DNA of 64,000 nt, from NCBI GenBank assembly GCA_963707025.1, contig CAVPOM010000018.1, forward strand, positions 576,001 through 640,000. The letters are read 5' to 3'. Below are positions 10,631 to 19,834 of this stretch, piece after piece. Positions within the stretch are counted from its first letter, which is position 1. Each line of letters opens with the position of its first letter. This stretch comes from an uncultured Verrucomicrobiae bacterium (GTDB lineage: Bacteria > Verrucomicrobiota > Verrucomicrobiia > Limisphaerales > Palsa-1400). The notes beneath the pieces are model-generated. The model was given only the letters and a program-made list of their open reading frames with translations. It was not told where the DNA came from and did no database searches. The translations under genes and the position numbers were made by a program.

Positions 10631-11788
10631 TTACATCCTTCGCAAAGAGTCGGCCACGCGCAGGCGCATGGCTTGGAGGGCGGGAAAAATTCCCGTGGCC
10701 AACCCCAGGGCCAGGCTGATGCCCAGGCCGGTCAACAAATCATTGACTGGAAAATAGAAGAACGGCAGCAGGCCGTTGGTCGGATCGCCGCGCAAAATGA
10801 ACAGCCAGGACAGGCCCAGCCCGAGCACCCCGCCCAGCACCGCCAGCAGACAAGACTCCGCCATGACCTGGCAGAGCACCTGGCCATTGGTGAATCCGAT
10901 GGCCTTGAGCACCCCCAATTCTCCGGTGCGTTCGCGGACGGATTGGGCCATGGTGTTTCCCGCCACCAGCAAAATGGTGAAGAAGACCGCGCCCATGATC
11001 CCCTGGGCGATGAGTCCGATGTTGCCAATTTGCTTGGCGAAGGACTGGACAAAGGCGCCCTCGGGTTCGGTTTTGGTTTCGGCGGGCGAGTTGGCGAATT
11101 CGTCATCAATGCGTTTGGCGACGGCCACCGCCTGCGACGGGTCCTTCACGCGGATGACGTACCAGCCGACGTGTCCCTTGTCATATTGGCGTCCCTCGTC
11201 GAAGTAATCGTAGCGAAACCAAAGCGGGGTGGTATCGGTCGCGTTGTCCTGTCCGTCGAAAATGCCGGCCACACAAAACTCCCAGAGCGGGCTGCCATCG
11301 GATTTGGTCCAGATGGCGGTGGTAATGGGAATGGTGTCGCCAATTTTCCAGTGAAAACGATCGGCGGTCTTGCGTCCCACCACCGCCGCGTTGCGCGAGC
11401 TGAGCCAGGCCTTCTTCTGCTCCGGGGCAAGAATGACCTTCGGGTACATGGCCAGAACCTCCTCCGGCACCACCGCCATCTGCGGAAAAAAGTTGCGCGG
11501 CTCGTCCTGGTAAATGCCGCCAAACCAGGTGAAATGGGCCGAGCCGGCGACTCCGGGAATCTTTTCAATGCTCTGCTGGTAACTGCCCGGCAAGGAAATG
11601 ATGAGCGAAACTTTGTGGCGGACCACCAGGCGATCCGCCCCGGCCATGGCCACGCCGCCGACCAGCGCCTGTTTGATGGCGGCAATCAAACCAAACAGCA
11701 TGAAGGCCACGAGAATGGAAAGCATCGTCAGCAGCGTGCGCAGCTTGCGGCGCTGGAGATTGCTCCAGATGAGGGGGAGGAACTTCAC
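10631..11788 (-). CDS. ABC transporter permease (MacB/FtsX family)
   Basis: Probable GTG start MKFLPLIWSNLQRRKLRT; ERTGELGVLKAIGF. Confidence 0.92.
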   Translation of the reverse strand: MKFLPLIWSNLQRRKLRTLLTMLSILVAFMLFGLIAAIKQALVGGVAMAGADRLVVRHKVSLIISLPGSYQQSIEKIPGVAGSAHFTWFGGIYQDEPRNFFPQMAVVPEEVLAMYPKVILAPEQKKAWLSSRNAAVVGRKTADRFHWKIGDTIPITTAIWTKSDGSPLWEFCVAGIFDGQDNATDTTPLWFRYDYFDEGRQYDKGHVGWYVIRVKDPSQAVAVAKRIDDEFANSPAETKTEPEGAFVQSFAKQIGNIGLIAQGIMGAVFFTILLVAGNTMAQSVRERTGELGVLKAIGFTNGQVLCQVMAESCLLAVLGGVLGLGLSWLFILRGDPTNGLLPFFYFPVNDLLTGLGISLALGLATGIFPALQAMRLRVADSLRRM

Positions 11789-11828
11789 GGCAAGAGGGAA
11801 GAGCGGAGGCCTGGAGTCTCGGAGGAAC

Positions 11829-11903
11829 GGAGTGTTGGAGTGATGGAGTGATGGAGTGATGGGCCGGATCGCGCCATCCCAACACTCCAACACTCCAATA
11901 CTC
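11829..11903. repeat. Inverted octamer tandem repeats (GGAGTGAT)n...(CAACACTC)n
   Basis: Visible between the ABC ATPase and permease genes. Confidence 0.8.
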
Positions 11904-11921
11904 CGTTTTCCCGGTTCTTCT

Positions 11922-12629
11922 TCATTTCTGCGCTTCGCTCCACAGTTGGCCTTTATCGAGGTGGACCGTCCGCGCCGCGCGGGCCGAGGCGTGGGGATCG
12001 TGCGTGACCATGACGATGGTTTTGCCGTGCTCCCGGTTCAGCGCCTGGAGCAAATCCAGGATCTCGTCGCCCGCCTTCCGGTCCAGGTCGCCCGTCGGCT
12101 CGTCGCACAACAGCAGGGTCGGGTCGGTGACAATGGCGCGGGCGATGCCGACCCGTTGCTGTTCGCCGCCGGAAAGGGTGCGCGGATAATGTTGGGCGCG
12201 ATGCGACAAGCCGACGACGGCCAGGGCGGTCTGGACATGCTGGGCGCGCTCGGCCTTGGAAAGGCGGGTGAGGAGCAGGGGCAATTCCACATTCCGGGCC
12301 GCGTTCAGCACCGGCATGAGGTTGTAAAGTTGAAAAATAAAACCGACATGCCGCGCGCGCCAGTGCGCCAGTTCCCGCTCGGCCAGCCGGTCAATGCGCT
12401 CTCCGCCCACCGTCACCGAACCCTGGGTGGGACGGTCCAGTCCGCCGATCAAATTGAGCAGCGTGCTCTTGCCCGAGCCCGACGGCCCCATCAGGGCGAG
12501 GAATTCCCGGGCCGGCACCTGCAAATTCAGGTCGGCCAAAACATGAATATCTTCCGCGCCGCGGTGGAACACCTTTTCCACCCGCTCCACCCGCACCAAC
12601 GCGCCGTCGCTCGATTGATGTTCGCTCAT
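11922..12629 (-). CDS. ABC transporter ATP-binding protein (LolD/MacB-like)
   Basis: GPSGSGKST, LSGGEQQRV, LLCDEPTGDLD and VTHD motifs. Confidence 0.97.
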   Translation of the reverse strand: MSEHQSSDGALVRVERVEKVFHRGAEDIHVLADLNLQVPAREFLALMGPSGSGKSTLLNLIGGLDRPTQGSVTVGGERIDRLAERELAHWRARHVGFIFQLYNLMPVLNAARNVELPLLLTRLSKAERAQHVQTALAVVGLSHRAQHYPRTLSGGEQQRVGIARAIVTDPTLLLCDEPTGDLDRKAGDEILDLLQALNREHGKTIVMVTHDPHASARAARTVHLDKGQLWSEAQK

Positions 12630-13852
12630 GACTTTTTTTCTTTCACCGCCGCCCCATCTTTCAGGCCGGCCGGGGCCTCGACAATGACTTTTTCACCGGC
12701 CCCCACTCCCGCGCTCAAGACGGCGTCTTCGCCCTGCGCTTCGCTGACGGTGACGGCGCGCCGTTGCGCACGGCCCTTGTCCACCGTGAAGATGACATCC
12801 TGTCCGTCCTGGTTTTGCAAGGCGCTTTTGGGCACGATGACCGCGCGGGTGACCGCTTCGGGAGCGGCGGCCGTCTCGCGAAAGGCCACTTTGACCGCCA
12901 TGTCCGGGAGGATGCGCGGATTGAGTTTGTCGAAGCCCACCCGCACTTTCACCGTCGCCTTCTGGCGGTCGGCGGTGGGAATGATGGCGATGACGTGGCA
13001 CGGGATTTTCCAGTCGGGGTAGGCGTCCAGCGCCGCCTCGGCCGGTTGGGCCGGCTCGACGCGGTTGATGTAGCTTTCGTTGACGTCCAGTTCAATTTCC
13101 AGCGAGTTCATGTCCACCACCGTGCCAATGCCCGTGCGGGTGAAACCGCCGCCGGCGGAAATGGGGGAAATCATCTCGCCGGGCTGCGCGTTTTTCGTCG
13201 TGACCACGCCGTCGAACGGGGCGCGGATGACCATGTCTTCGATTTGCTGCTGCCACATGGCCACCTGGCGCTCCCCGGCGGTAATGTCCATTTCCTGGCG
13301 CTTGATGCGCGCCCGCATCGTCATGGCGTCGGACTCGGCGGTTTCCAGGTCGGCTTGCGAGGCCACTTTCTGTTTGGCCAGCTCGGTGGCGCGCTGGAAG
13401 GCCAGGTCGGCTTGTTTGAGTTGGGCGCGCGTTTCTTCCAGGGACAGGCGCGTCGAATCCAACTGCGCCTGGGCCAGCTCCAGGCTGGTCCGGACATTGG
13501 AATCATCCAGCCGCGCCAAAATCTGTCCTTCCTTGACCTTCAGTCCTTCCTCAATGTCCACCTCAATGACCTTGCCGGTGACCTTGGCGGAAACGGTCGC
13601 CTGCCGCCGCGCCGTGACATAGCCGGAAGCGTTCAAAACCGTCCGCTCCGCGCCACCGCCGCCACCGCCGGCGGCCCGGGCCACAACCGTCCGCACCTCC
13701 ACCGTCTCCGCCCGCCCGCGCCACCAAAGCGCCGCGCCCGCCACCGCAGCGAGGACAACCACGGCCACTGCCAGCCACGATTTGGACGAGCCGGCCGTTT
13801 CCGGGCGGCGCTCGATGCGCAAGTCATCCAAGGCTGGTTTGGGCGAACTCAT
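12626..13852 (-). CDS. Periplasmic adaptor (membrane fusion protein), MacA-like
   Basis: N-terminal TM, lipoyl halves (VKEGQILARLD, IRAPFDGVV) and a coiled-coil hairpin. Confidence 0.93.
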   Translation of the reverse strand: MSSPKPALDDLRIERRPETAGSSKSWLAVAVVVLAAVAGAALWWRGRAETVEVRTVVARAAGGGGGGAERTVLNASGYVTARRQATVSAKVTGKVIEVDIEEGLKVKEGQILARLDDSNVRTSLELAQAQLDSTRLSLEETRAQLKQADLAFQRATELAKQKVASQADLETAESDAMTMRARIKRQEMDITAGERQVAMWQQQIEDMVIRAPFDGVVTTKNAQPGEMISPISAGGGFTRTGIGTVVDMNSLEIELDVNESYINRVEPAQPAEAALDAYPDWKIPCHVIAIIPTADRQKATVKVRVGFDKLNPRILPDMAVKVAFRETAAAPEAVTRAVIVPKSALQNQDGQDVIFTVDKGRAQRRAVTVSEAQGEDAVLSAGVGAGEKVIVEAPAGLKDGAAVKEKKS

Positions 13853-13913
13853 AAATGTCCGTCCCTAGCAGAACGGTTTTTGCCGCCCGGGTCAAGCCGC
13901 GGAGGAACCAGGA

Positions 13914-13997
13914 TCAGCTTTTGCTTTTAGGACGCAAGTGTTCGGAAAGCCTGGAAAGCAGGCGTTGATGCCGTTCGCCGGAGATGGAACCGATCAT
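13914..13997 (-). pseudogene. Remnant of a probable PemK/MazF-type toxin (C-terminal 27 aa)
   Basis: MIGSISGERHQRLLSRLSEHLRPKSKS*, overlapping the antitoxin stop (ATGA). Resembles the IG.is...l...l C-terminal helix of PemK toxins. Confidence 0.5.
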
Positions 13998-14209
13998 CCT
14001 TTGAGATCGGCTGCGGAATAAACCGGTTCGTCGTCACCATAACCCCTCGCCAAGGCGCGGGTGGCGGCACCGTGCCAGTGCGCCTCCTCGGAGGATTCTT
14101 CCTTTGACAGGACCGTCACCATCAACGGCGAGTTGTGAGGCAGATCGAACGGCTCATCCAAAACAATCTGTTTTCCGTTAAAATGTGCTTTCAATGTGAC
14201 CGCAGGCAT
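13994..14209 (-). CDS. Small antitoxin-like protein (AF2212/DUF104-like)
   Basis: MPAVTLKAHFNGKQIVLDEPFDLP...LARGYGDDEPVYS. Confidence 0.7.
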   Translation of the reverse strand: MPAVTLKAHFNGKQIVLDEPFDLPHNSPLMVTVLSKEESSEEAHWHGAATRALARGYGDDEPVYSAADLKG

Positions 14210-14334
14210 GGACTCAACATATTTTGACAGGAACACAAGCGCAAGGGGAAATGATGGGACTCCGCGCCGGCCAGAGCGGCTGGATTTTTCTGCTTCAACA
14301 AACGAAACGGCGGTTGTATCATACAAACCAGACG

Positions 14335-14883
14335 GTGAATTCCAACACACAACTGAGCGTTACTTACAAGCTCGAATCTGCCGACCTCCGAGCGTTTCAG
14401 CGTTACGCGCTCAAGAACCTTCCCAGCGCTCGCCGGGTTCGTTACATGACTGCAGCCGTTATGGCTGCGCTTTGCCTTTGGTTGACCCTGACCTCAGATG
14501 ACCATCGGCTTGGTTTTCGCATTGCTTACTTTTTCATCTTGGCGTTGGTCTTTTGGGGCCTGATGAGTTTGTGGTTGTTCATCGCGACGCGCATTTCGCA
14601 GGGGCGCGCTTACACTTCCGAAAAGCACCGGTCGGTTCTCTGCGAGCACACTGCGACATTGGCAGATGACGCATTTATTGACGTGACGCCCTGCAACGAA
14701 GCCCGGAATCTGTGGCAGGGGATTTATCAGGTGGCAGATGCCGAAGATCATGTTTACATTTTTACCTCGGTGCATTCAGCGCACATCATCCCGAAACGCG
14801 CGTTTGCAAATGAAGCGGGCGTTCGAAAGTTTTATGAGAGAGCATTCAATTTACAGTCAGCAGCACAACGGGTCGCCGCCTGA
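14335..14883 (+). CDS. YcxB-family membrane protein
   Basis: Two TMs then W..I.......YIF.....AHIIPKRAF; start uncertain. Confidence 0.8.
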   Translation: MNSNTQLSVTYKLESADLRAFQRYALKNLPSARRVRYMTAAVMAALCLWLTLTSDDHRLGFRIAYFFILALVFWGLMSLWLFIATRISQGRAYTSEKHRSVLCEHTATLADDAFIDVTPCNEARNLWQGIYQVADAEDHVYIFTSVHSAHIIPKRAFANEAGVRKFYERAFNLQSAAQRVAA

Positions 14884-14938
14884 GAGTGCTTCCGCGGCGG
14901 GCGTTGAGCCGAGTCATATTTCGGCGCACTGAAAAATT

Positions 14939-15322
14939 ATGTCATCCCACATTCCGGAAGGTGATTGGCGGCACTTCAAGCGCGTGCATGGGGAGATTTA
15001 TGAGCGTTTCTGTGCCGGTGTCCTGGCGGAGTTGGCGGCGATCCTCAAGGCTGGCGAGGGGACCGCGTTTGACCGGTATGACCGGGCCTGCAAGCTGCTC
15101 AAGAGGCGGGACAAGGAGTTGCGGCGCGCTTTCGACGACTTTCGGCGTTCCACGGCCGTCTGGCAGTTGGCCATCATGCGGAGGATGGGCCTGCTGACAG
15201 ACCAGGATCTGAGCGTCTTTTCCGCGCAGACCCAGGAGCAGATTCGAGGTATCGCCTCCATTGGCCGGGAGCCGGACAGTCCAGCCAGCGCGAGCCAGCC
15301 GGGTCGCTCAGAGACGGATTAA
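14939..15322 (+). CDS. Hypothetical protein (cassette-like)
   Basis: Compact 127-aa ORF (IPEGDWRHFK...ERFC...FDDFRRSTA); the C-terminus runs into an inverted repeat. Confidence 0.75.
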   Translation: MSSHIPEGDWRHFKRVHGEIYERFCAGVLAELAAILKAGEGTAFDRYDRACKLLKRRDKELRRAFDDFRRSTAVWQLAIMRRMGLLTDQDLSVFSAQTQEQIRGIASIGREPDSPASASQPGRSETD

Positions 15323-15517
15323 GCGAGGGCGGCGGCTGGCTCGGGCCGCCGGCGTTTGCCTTGAGCCACTTCCGCCCAGGCGCACGTTGGGGCCATTTGT
15401 GTTGTCGCCGCGTGCGCCTCCAACCATGCCACCTGCCTTAAAGGCTTGTCTTTCGGGGGCGATTCTGCCAATAAAACCGCGAATCAAATCTCCGTATAAA
15501 CAACGGCTTCCGGTGAT

Positions 15518-16906
15518 ATGAGGATTTGGCCGCGCATTCTGGCGTTATTTTATCTGCTCATTGCGGGCGGGGCCGCGTGGCGGACGGTGGCGCATACCAG
15601 CGAGGCGGCGCGCTGCTTCGATCAAATATGGAGCAAGGAAAGCGTGCAAAACGAAGGCGCCCAATTTGTCTCCCGCTATTTAAAGGCGGAGCATCCGATC
15701 ATCGGACCTTTCGTTTGGCCGTCCATCAAGCAAGCCCTGGACTTGCCCTCGTTGCAGGAATCTTCGCACGAACTGGGCTTCGAGATTCCTCATTTGGCGC
15801 AATGGGCCGACCGGGAGACCGCCCTGGCTGCCTGGTGGTCCTGGCTTTTTTTGAGTGCGAGTCTTCTCTACCTCGTTGCGGCCAGCGCGGTCCCGGACAG
15901 CCATCGGAGCCGGCATGTGCTTTTCGCGCTCGCCGGCGTTTCCACCCTTTCCTTTGCCGTGGGCATGGCCGCGCCGGCCATGGTGATTTTGACCATGCCC
16001 AGCGTGGCGGTTGAATCGGGAAAACTCGCCTTCGTTCTGCAACATGAAATCAGGAGCATCCTGTCAGTGATTGCGCGGCTCTTTTCCTCGGGCCATTGTT
16101 TCATCGGCGGTTTGATTGCGGCCTTCAGTATCGTCACGCCCTTGATCAAGACATCCCTGACGGTCATCGCCAGCACGACCGCCTCTTCCTCTCTCCACGC
16201 CAGCATCACCCGGTTCCTCCATGCCATCGGCAAGTGGGCCATGGCGGATGTTTTTGTGGCCGCCGTCCTGCTGGCCTATTTCGCCCTCAATTCCCAGGAG
16301 GCCACCAAAGCCATTCCCTGTCCCGGCTTGTATTATTTCGTGGGTTACTGCTTGTTGAGCATGGTGACAACCTTGCTCCTGGCCAATTTGGACTTCCTCG
16401 GCGAAAACAAATCGCCCCGCCCCGCGAAGAAGCCCGGAGTCGCAGTCATGGCCGGATTATTCGGCGGGGCCTTGCTCTTGATTGTGGCGGGCAGCATTTA
16501 CATGCTGGCCAAACACCCGGTTCCGGTCGTGCCGGTGGAGTTGAATGATTCCCAGGTGAGCCTGCCGGCTCATCGTTCGCATAAAATACCATTAAGCATT
16601 CCACATGCGGGCATTCTGTCAATTGCACTGCGCGTGACGCGGGGCAATGCTGTCAATGTGGCCCTCATCCGCGCCGATCAGCTTTCGCAGGTCGAACGAA
16701 CCAACGGCGTGATGGAGGCCGCGAAGTTGCAGCGGGCTAGTTTGCCCGCTTTTAAAGCGGTCCAAGCCAAGGTTTACAACCGCACCAACCAAATTGAGAA
16801 AGGCGATTTCCTGATTGTCCTGCAAGATACCACGCTGGGAATTCTCTCTTCCCGAACGAGCGACATCGAGGTTTACGCTGAATTAAGAAATCCCCGCCAA
16901 CCCTGA
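15518..16906 (+). CDS. PqiA-domain membrane protein with a C-terminal soluble domain
   Basis: SILSVIARLF, FSIVTPLIK, IGKWAMADVFVAAVLL and PGLYYFVGYCLLS motifs. Confidence 0.8.
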   Translation: MRIWPRILALFYLLIAGGAAWRTVAHTSEAARCFDQIWSKESVQNEGAQFVSRYLKAEHPIIGPFVWPSIKQALDLPSLQESSHELGFEIPHLAQWADRETALAAWWSWLFLSASLLYLVAASAVPDSHRSRHVLFALAGVSTLSFAVGMAAPAMVILTMPSVAVESGKLAFVLQHEIRSILSVIARLFSSGHCFIGGLIAAFSIVTPLIKTSLTVIASTTASSSLHASITRFLHAIGKWAMADVFVAAVLLAYFALNSQEATKAIPCPGLYYFVGYCLLSMVTTLLLANLDFLGENKSPRPAKKPGVAVMAGLFGGALLLIVAGSIYMLAKHPVPVVPVELNDSQVSLPAHRSHKIPLSIPHAGILSIALRVTRGNAVNVALIRADQLSQVERTNGVMEAAKLQRASLPAFKAVQAKVYNRTNQIEKGDFLIVLQDTTLGILSSRTSDIEVYAELRNPRQP

Positions 16907-16978
16907 CGGACCCATGGCGACGGAGGAGTGATTTCCGGCTGGTGCAATACCAAACTCGCAATGCTAGGATGCGGGGCG

Positions 16979-17571
16979 ATGTCTCCGGTAACGCATTTGC
17001 TGGCCAGTTGGATCATCGCGGCCAAAACCACCGACAATCCGCGCGATTGCCGGTGGTCGCGCTGGCCGGGGTTTTGCCGGACCTGGACGGGTTGGGCATT
17101 GTGGCGGATGTGTTCAACCATCTGGTCCGGCACAAGGAGACGGCCTGCTACCAGGATTTTCATCACTTTCTGATGCACGGAGCCTTGGGGGCGGCGGTGG
17201 TTTCGGCCGCGCTGGCCTGCTTTGCCCGGCGGCGCGGGCGGGTGGCGATTTTAGCGCTGCTTGTCTATCATTTGCACTTGTTGTGCGATTTGGTTGGGTC
17301 GCGCGGACCGGACCCGGGGGACAAGTGGCCCATTTGGTATCTCGCCCCGTTGAGCCGGCATCCGATGTGGATTTGCCCCTGGCAGTGGCGGCTGGACGGC
17401 TGGCAGAACGGCGTCATCTCCATCGTGCTTTTTGTCTGGGCCATGGCCATGACGCTGCAGCGCGGGGATTCCATCATCGGCGTTTTCAACCGGAGGGCCG
17501 ACGCGGTGTTTGTCCGGACACTCCGGGGATGGCGCCAATCATTCCGCCTCCGGTTTGAAAAACGGGAGTAA
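16979..17571 (+). CDS. Membrane metal-dependent hydrolase (YdjM-like), frameshift near 17053
   Basis: MSPVTHLL...(shift) LPDLDG, HHFLMH and HLHLLCD motifs. Confidence 0.8.
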
Positions 17572-18254
17572 GGGCATGTCCGGATCGCCCAGGGAAAAGA
17601 CCCGTTCGGCCAAATCGTTGAGGGCCAGGCGGGTTTTGGCGAAGCGGGTGGAGAGGGTCTCGAAAATCGCGGCCACGTCATAGCGCCGGGCCAGGCGATG
17701 GTTGCCGGCCACATGAAAATTGATGCGGCCCAATTCCTCATAATAACTCAGATCCGGACAGGCCCGGCGCTCGGCCCGGTGGCGGATGCTCTCCGGGAAA
17801 ACACCGGAGAGGAACAGGGAATGATTGCCGATATGCGCGCGAATATAAAAGGCGGTGCGGTCATCGGCGGTTTGCAGCGCCGCCAGCATTTCAAAAAAAT
17901 AATCCAGCGGGCCTGCCTGCCCGGGGGCGACCAGCCGCTGCGCTCGGCGCGGGAGAATTCCGCCAGCAACTCGGCCACGTAATCCGCCACCGGCCGGTCC
18001 GCAATGCCCGATTCGCGCAGGACATGGCGCACCAGCACGTAAAAATAGAAATGACTGGAGACCCGCAGGCAGCCGCGTTGTTCCAGCAGCGCGTGAAACA
18101 GGGCGTCGTTATCCAGTATCAAATCGCGCGTTTCCAGATCGCCCAGCAGCGCGGTCAGCGAAGGCGCGCCGCCCTTGTCTCCCAGCACGGCCAGGATGAA
18201 AGCAACGTCTTCCGCGGTGAATTGCACCCGGCAGTTGGCTTGGATCACATTCAT
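17539..18254 (-). CDS. Conserved hypothetical protein, frameshift near 17900
   Basis: Two consecutive ORFs (17748-18254 and 17539-17889) form one protein: VADYVAELLAEF...HIGNHSLFLSGVFPE. Confidence 0.7.
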
Positions 18255-18338
18255 AAAAGCAGGCGCAGCATAATCAGTTCCAACCCGCCCTGCGACTTTG
18301 CAGTTTCAAGATAAACCATCCGGGCCTAAAGTCCATTT

Positions 18339-19211
18339 GTGGATGCAGACAATCGCATTATCCCGGCCCGGTCCCGCAGAGAGGTGATGGATTGGGGCCT
18401 GGTTCTGGCCAGCCAGGATATTGAAGCCATGATCGTGCGAACCGAGCCAGGCTGGGGGTTGGCGGTCGGAGAGCTTGATTTTGAGCGGGCCCAAGCCGTC
18501 CTCCGGCAATACCGGGTGGAAAATCGCGGCTGGCGCTGGAAACAACAGCTTCCCGGTTCGGGCCTGGTCTTTCACTGGGGCGCGCTCGTCTGGGTGGCGG
18601 CCATGGCGGCGTTTTATTATTGGACGATGGTGGCCTTTCCCGACTTGCAAGAGGCGGGAAAGATGGACAACCGCCTCGTGGCGGCAGGCCAATGGTGGCG
18701 TCTTTTTACCGCCATCACCCTGCACGAAAATCTGCCGCACTTGGCCGCCAATGCCGTCACGGGGCTTTTGTTGCTGGGACTGGCCATGGCCCGTTTCGGG
18801 CCGGGAGTGGCAATGCTGGCGGCATTTCTTGCCGGAGCGGCGGGCAATGGCGTGGGCCTGTTGGTCCATTCAGACGCCAGTCGAAGTCTTGGGGCGTCGG
18901 GCATGGTCACGGGAGCCTTGGGGTTGCTCTCCGTTCATTCTTTCTCACTTTGGAGAAAATATCGCGCGGCGCGGGGTTTGATGGTGCGCGGCGCGGTGGC
19001 CGGCTTCCTCATCCTGGTATTGATCGGGTTCGCGCCGGGATCGGACTTCGCGGCCCACATCGGCGGCTTTCTGGCCGGGGCCGCCATCGGCCTGGCTTTC
19101 AACGCGGTCCGACCGGCCGTCTGGCAAGGCGGCTGGCTCAATGTGGCCGGCGCCCTGGCGCTGGCCGCGCTGCTCACCATCACCTGGCGCCAGGCCTTGG
19201 CCGGCTCCTGA
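18339..19211 (+). CDS. Rhomboid-family intramembrane serine protease
   Basis: WWRLFTAITLH, HLAAN, GASG and AHIGGFLAG motifs. Confidence 0.93.
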   Translation: MDADNRIIPARSRREVMDWGLVLASQDIEAMIVRTEPGWGLAVGELDFERAQAVLRQYRVENRGWRWKQQLPGSGLVFHWGALVWVAAMAAFYYWTMVAFPDLQEAGKMDNRLVAAGQWWRLFTAITLHENLPHLAANAVTGLLLLGLAMARFGPGVAMLAAFLAGAAGNGVGLLVHSDASRSLGASGMVTGALGLLSVHSFSLWRKYRAARGLMVRGAVAGFLILVLIGFAPGSDFAAHIGGFLAGAAIGLAFNAVRPAVWQGGWLNVAGALALAALLTITWRQALAGS

Positions 19212-19260
19212 GTCCTGCGCCGGGCCAACTCACCGATCCGTCCGGTTGCCACCGCCGCCG

Positions 19261-19635
19261 TTATGGCAGCACATGGACCGTCGGGTCAATCTGGCAAGTC
19301 GGCGAGGTCTGGCAGTTGTTCAGGATGTAACTGGTGGCAAACGACTGGCCCGGATCAACCGGGCAAATGGGCAGCTCCCCATTGCCGCGCCCGATGTAGG
19401 GCTGGAGATTGGAAGCGACGGGAATGGTCGTTCCCAAGGCTCCGGTTTCCAGCGCCCATTCCTGTTGGGCGGCATCAATCATCCGCAGGTTGTCTATGCA
19501 CAGTTTGGTTTGAGAGGTCGCGCGTGCGTGTAAGATGTTGGGAATCGCGACGGCCGCCAGTAACGCTATGATAGCGACGACAATCATTATTTCCACCAAG
19601 GTAAACCCACGCCGACCATGTTTAATGGTCTGCAT
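19261..19635 (-). CDS. Type IV pilin-like protein
   Basis: GFTLVEIMIVVAIIALLAAVAIP N-methylation motif; 124 aa with Cys residues. Confidence 0.9.
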   Translation of the reverse strand: MQTIKHGRRGFTLVEIMIVVAIIALLAAVAIPNILHARATSQTKLCIDNLRMIDAAQQEWALETGALGTTIPVASNLQPYIGRGNGELPICPVDPGQSFATSYILNNCQTSPTCQIDPTVHVLP

Positions 19636-19762
19636 ACTTTATGTCATTCCATTCGCCGCCGTGAACCAGGCTGTGGGCTTGTATAGTATTAGGACATTAA
19701 TGTTCACAAATTGCCCACGGCAAGCTGCGAATTGCGCTTGTTTGGAGCGCACCAACAATAAA

Positions 19763-19777
19763 GCAGGTTCCGTTCCC
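19763..19777 (-). promoter_or_regulatory. Candidate sigma54 promoter of the pilin gene
   Basis: GGAACG-GAAC-CTGC gives GG-N10-GC spacing about 130 bp upstream of the pilin ATG. Confidence 0.45.
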
Positions 19778-19834
19778 AAGCAAGCTCCATCCCGGCCGCG
19801 CCCCGGAAAAAACCCTGGCCTCGCCAAACCAACC

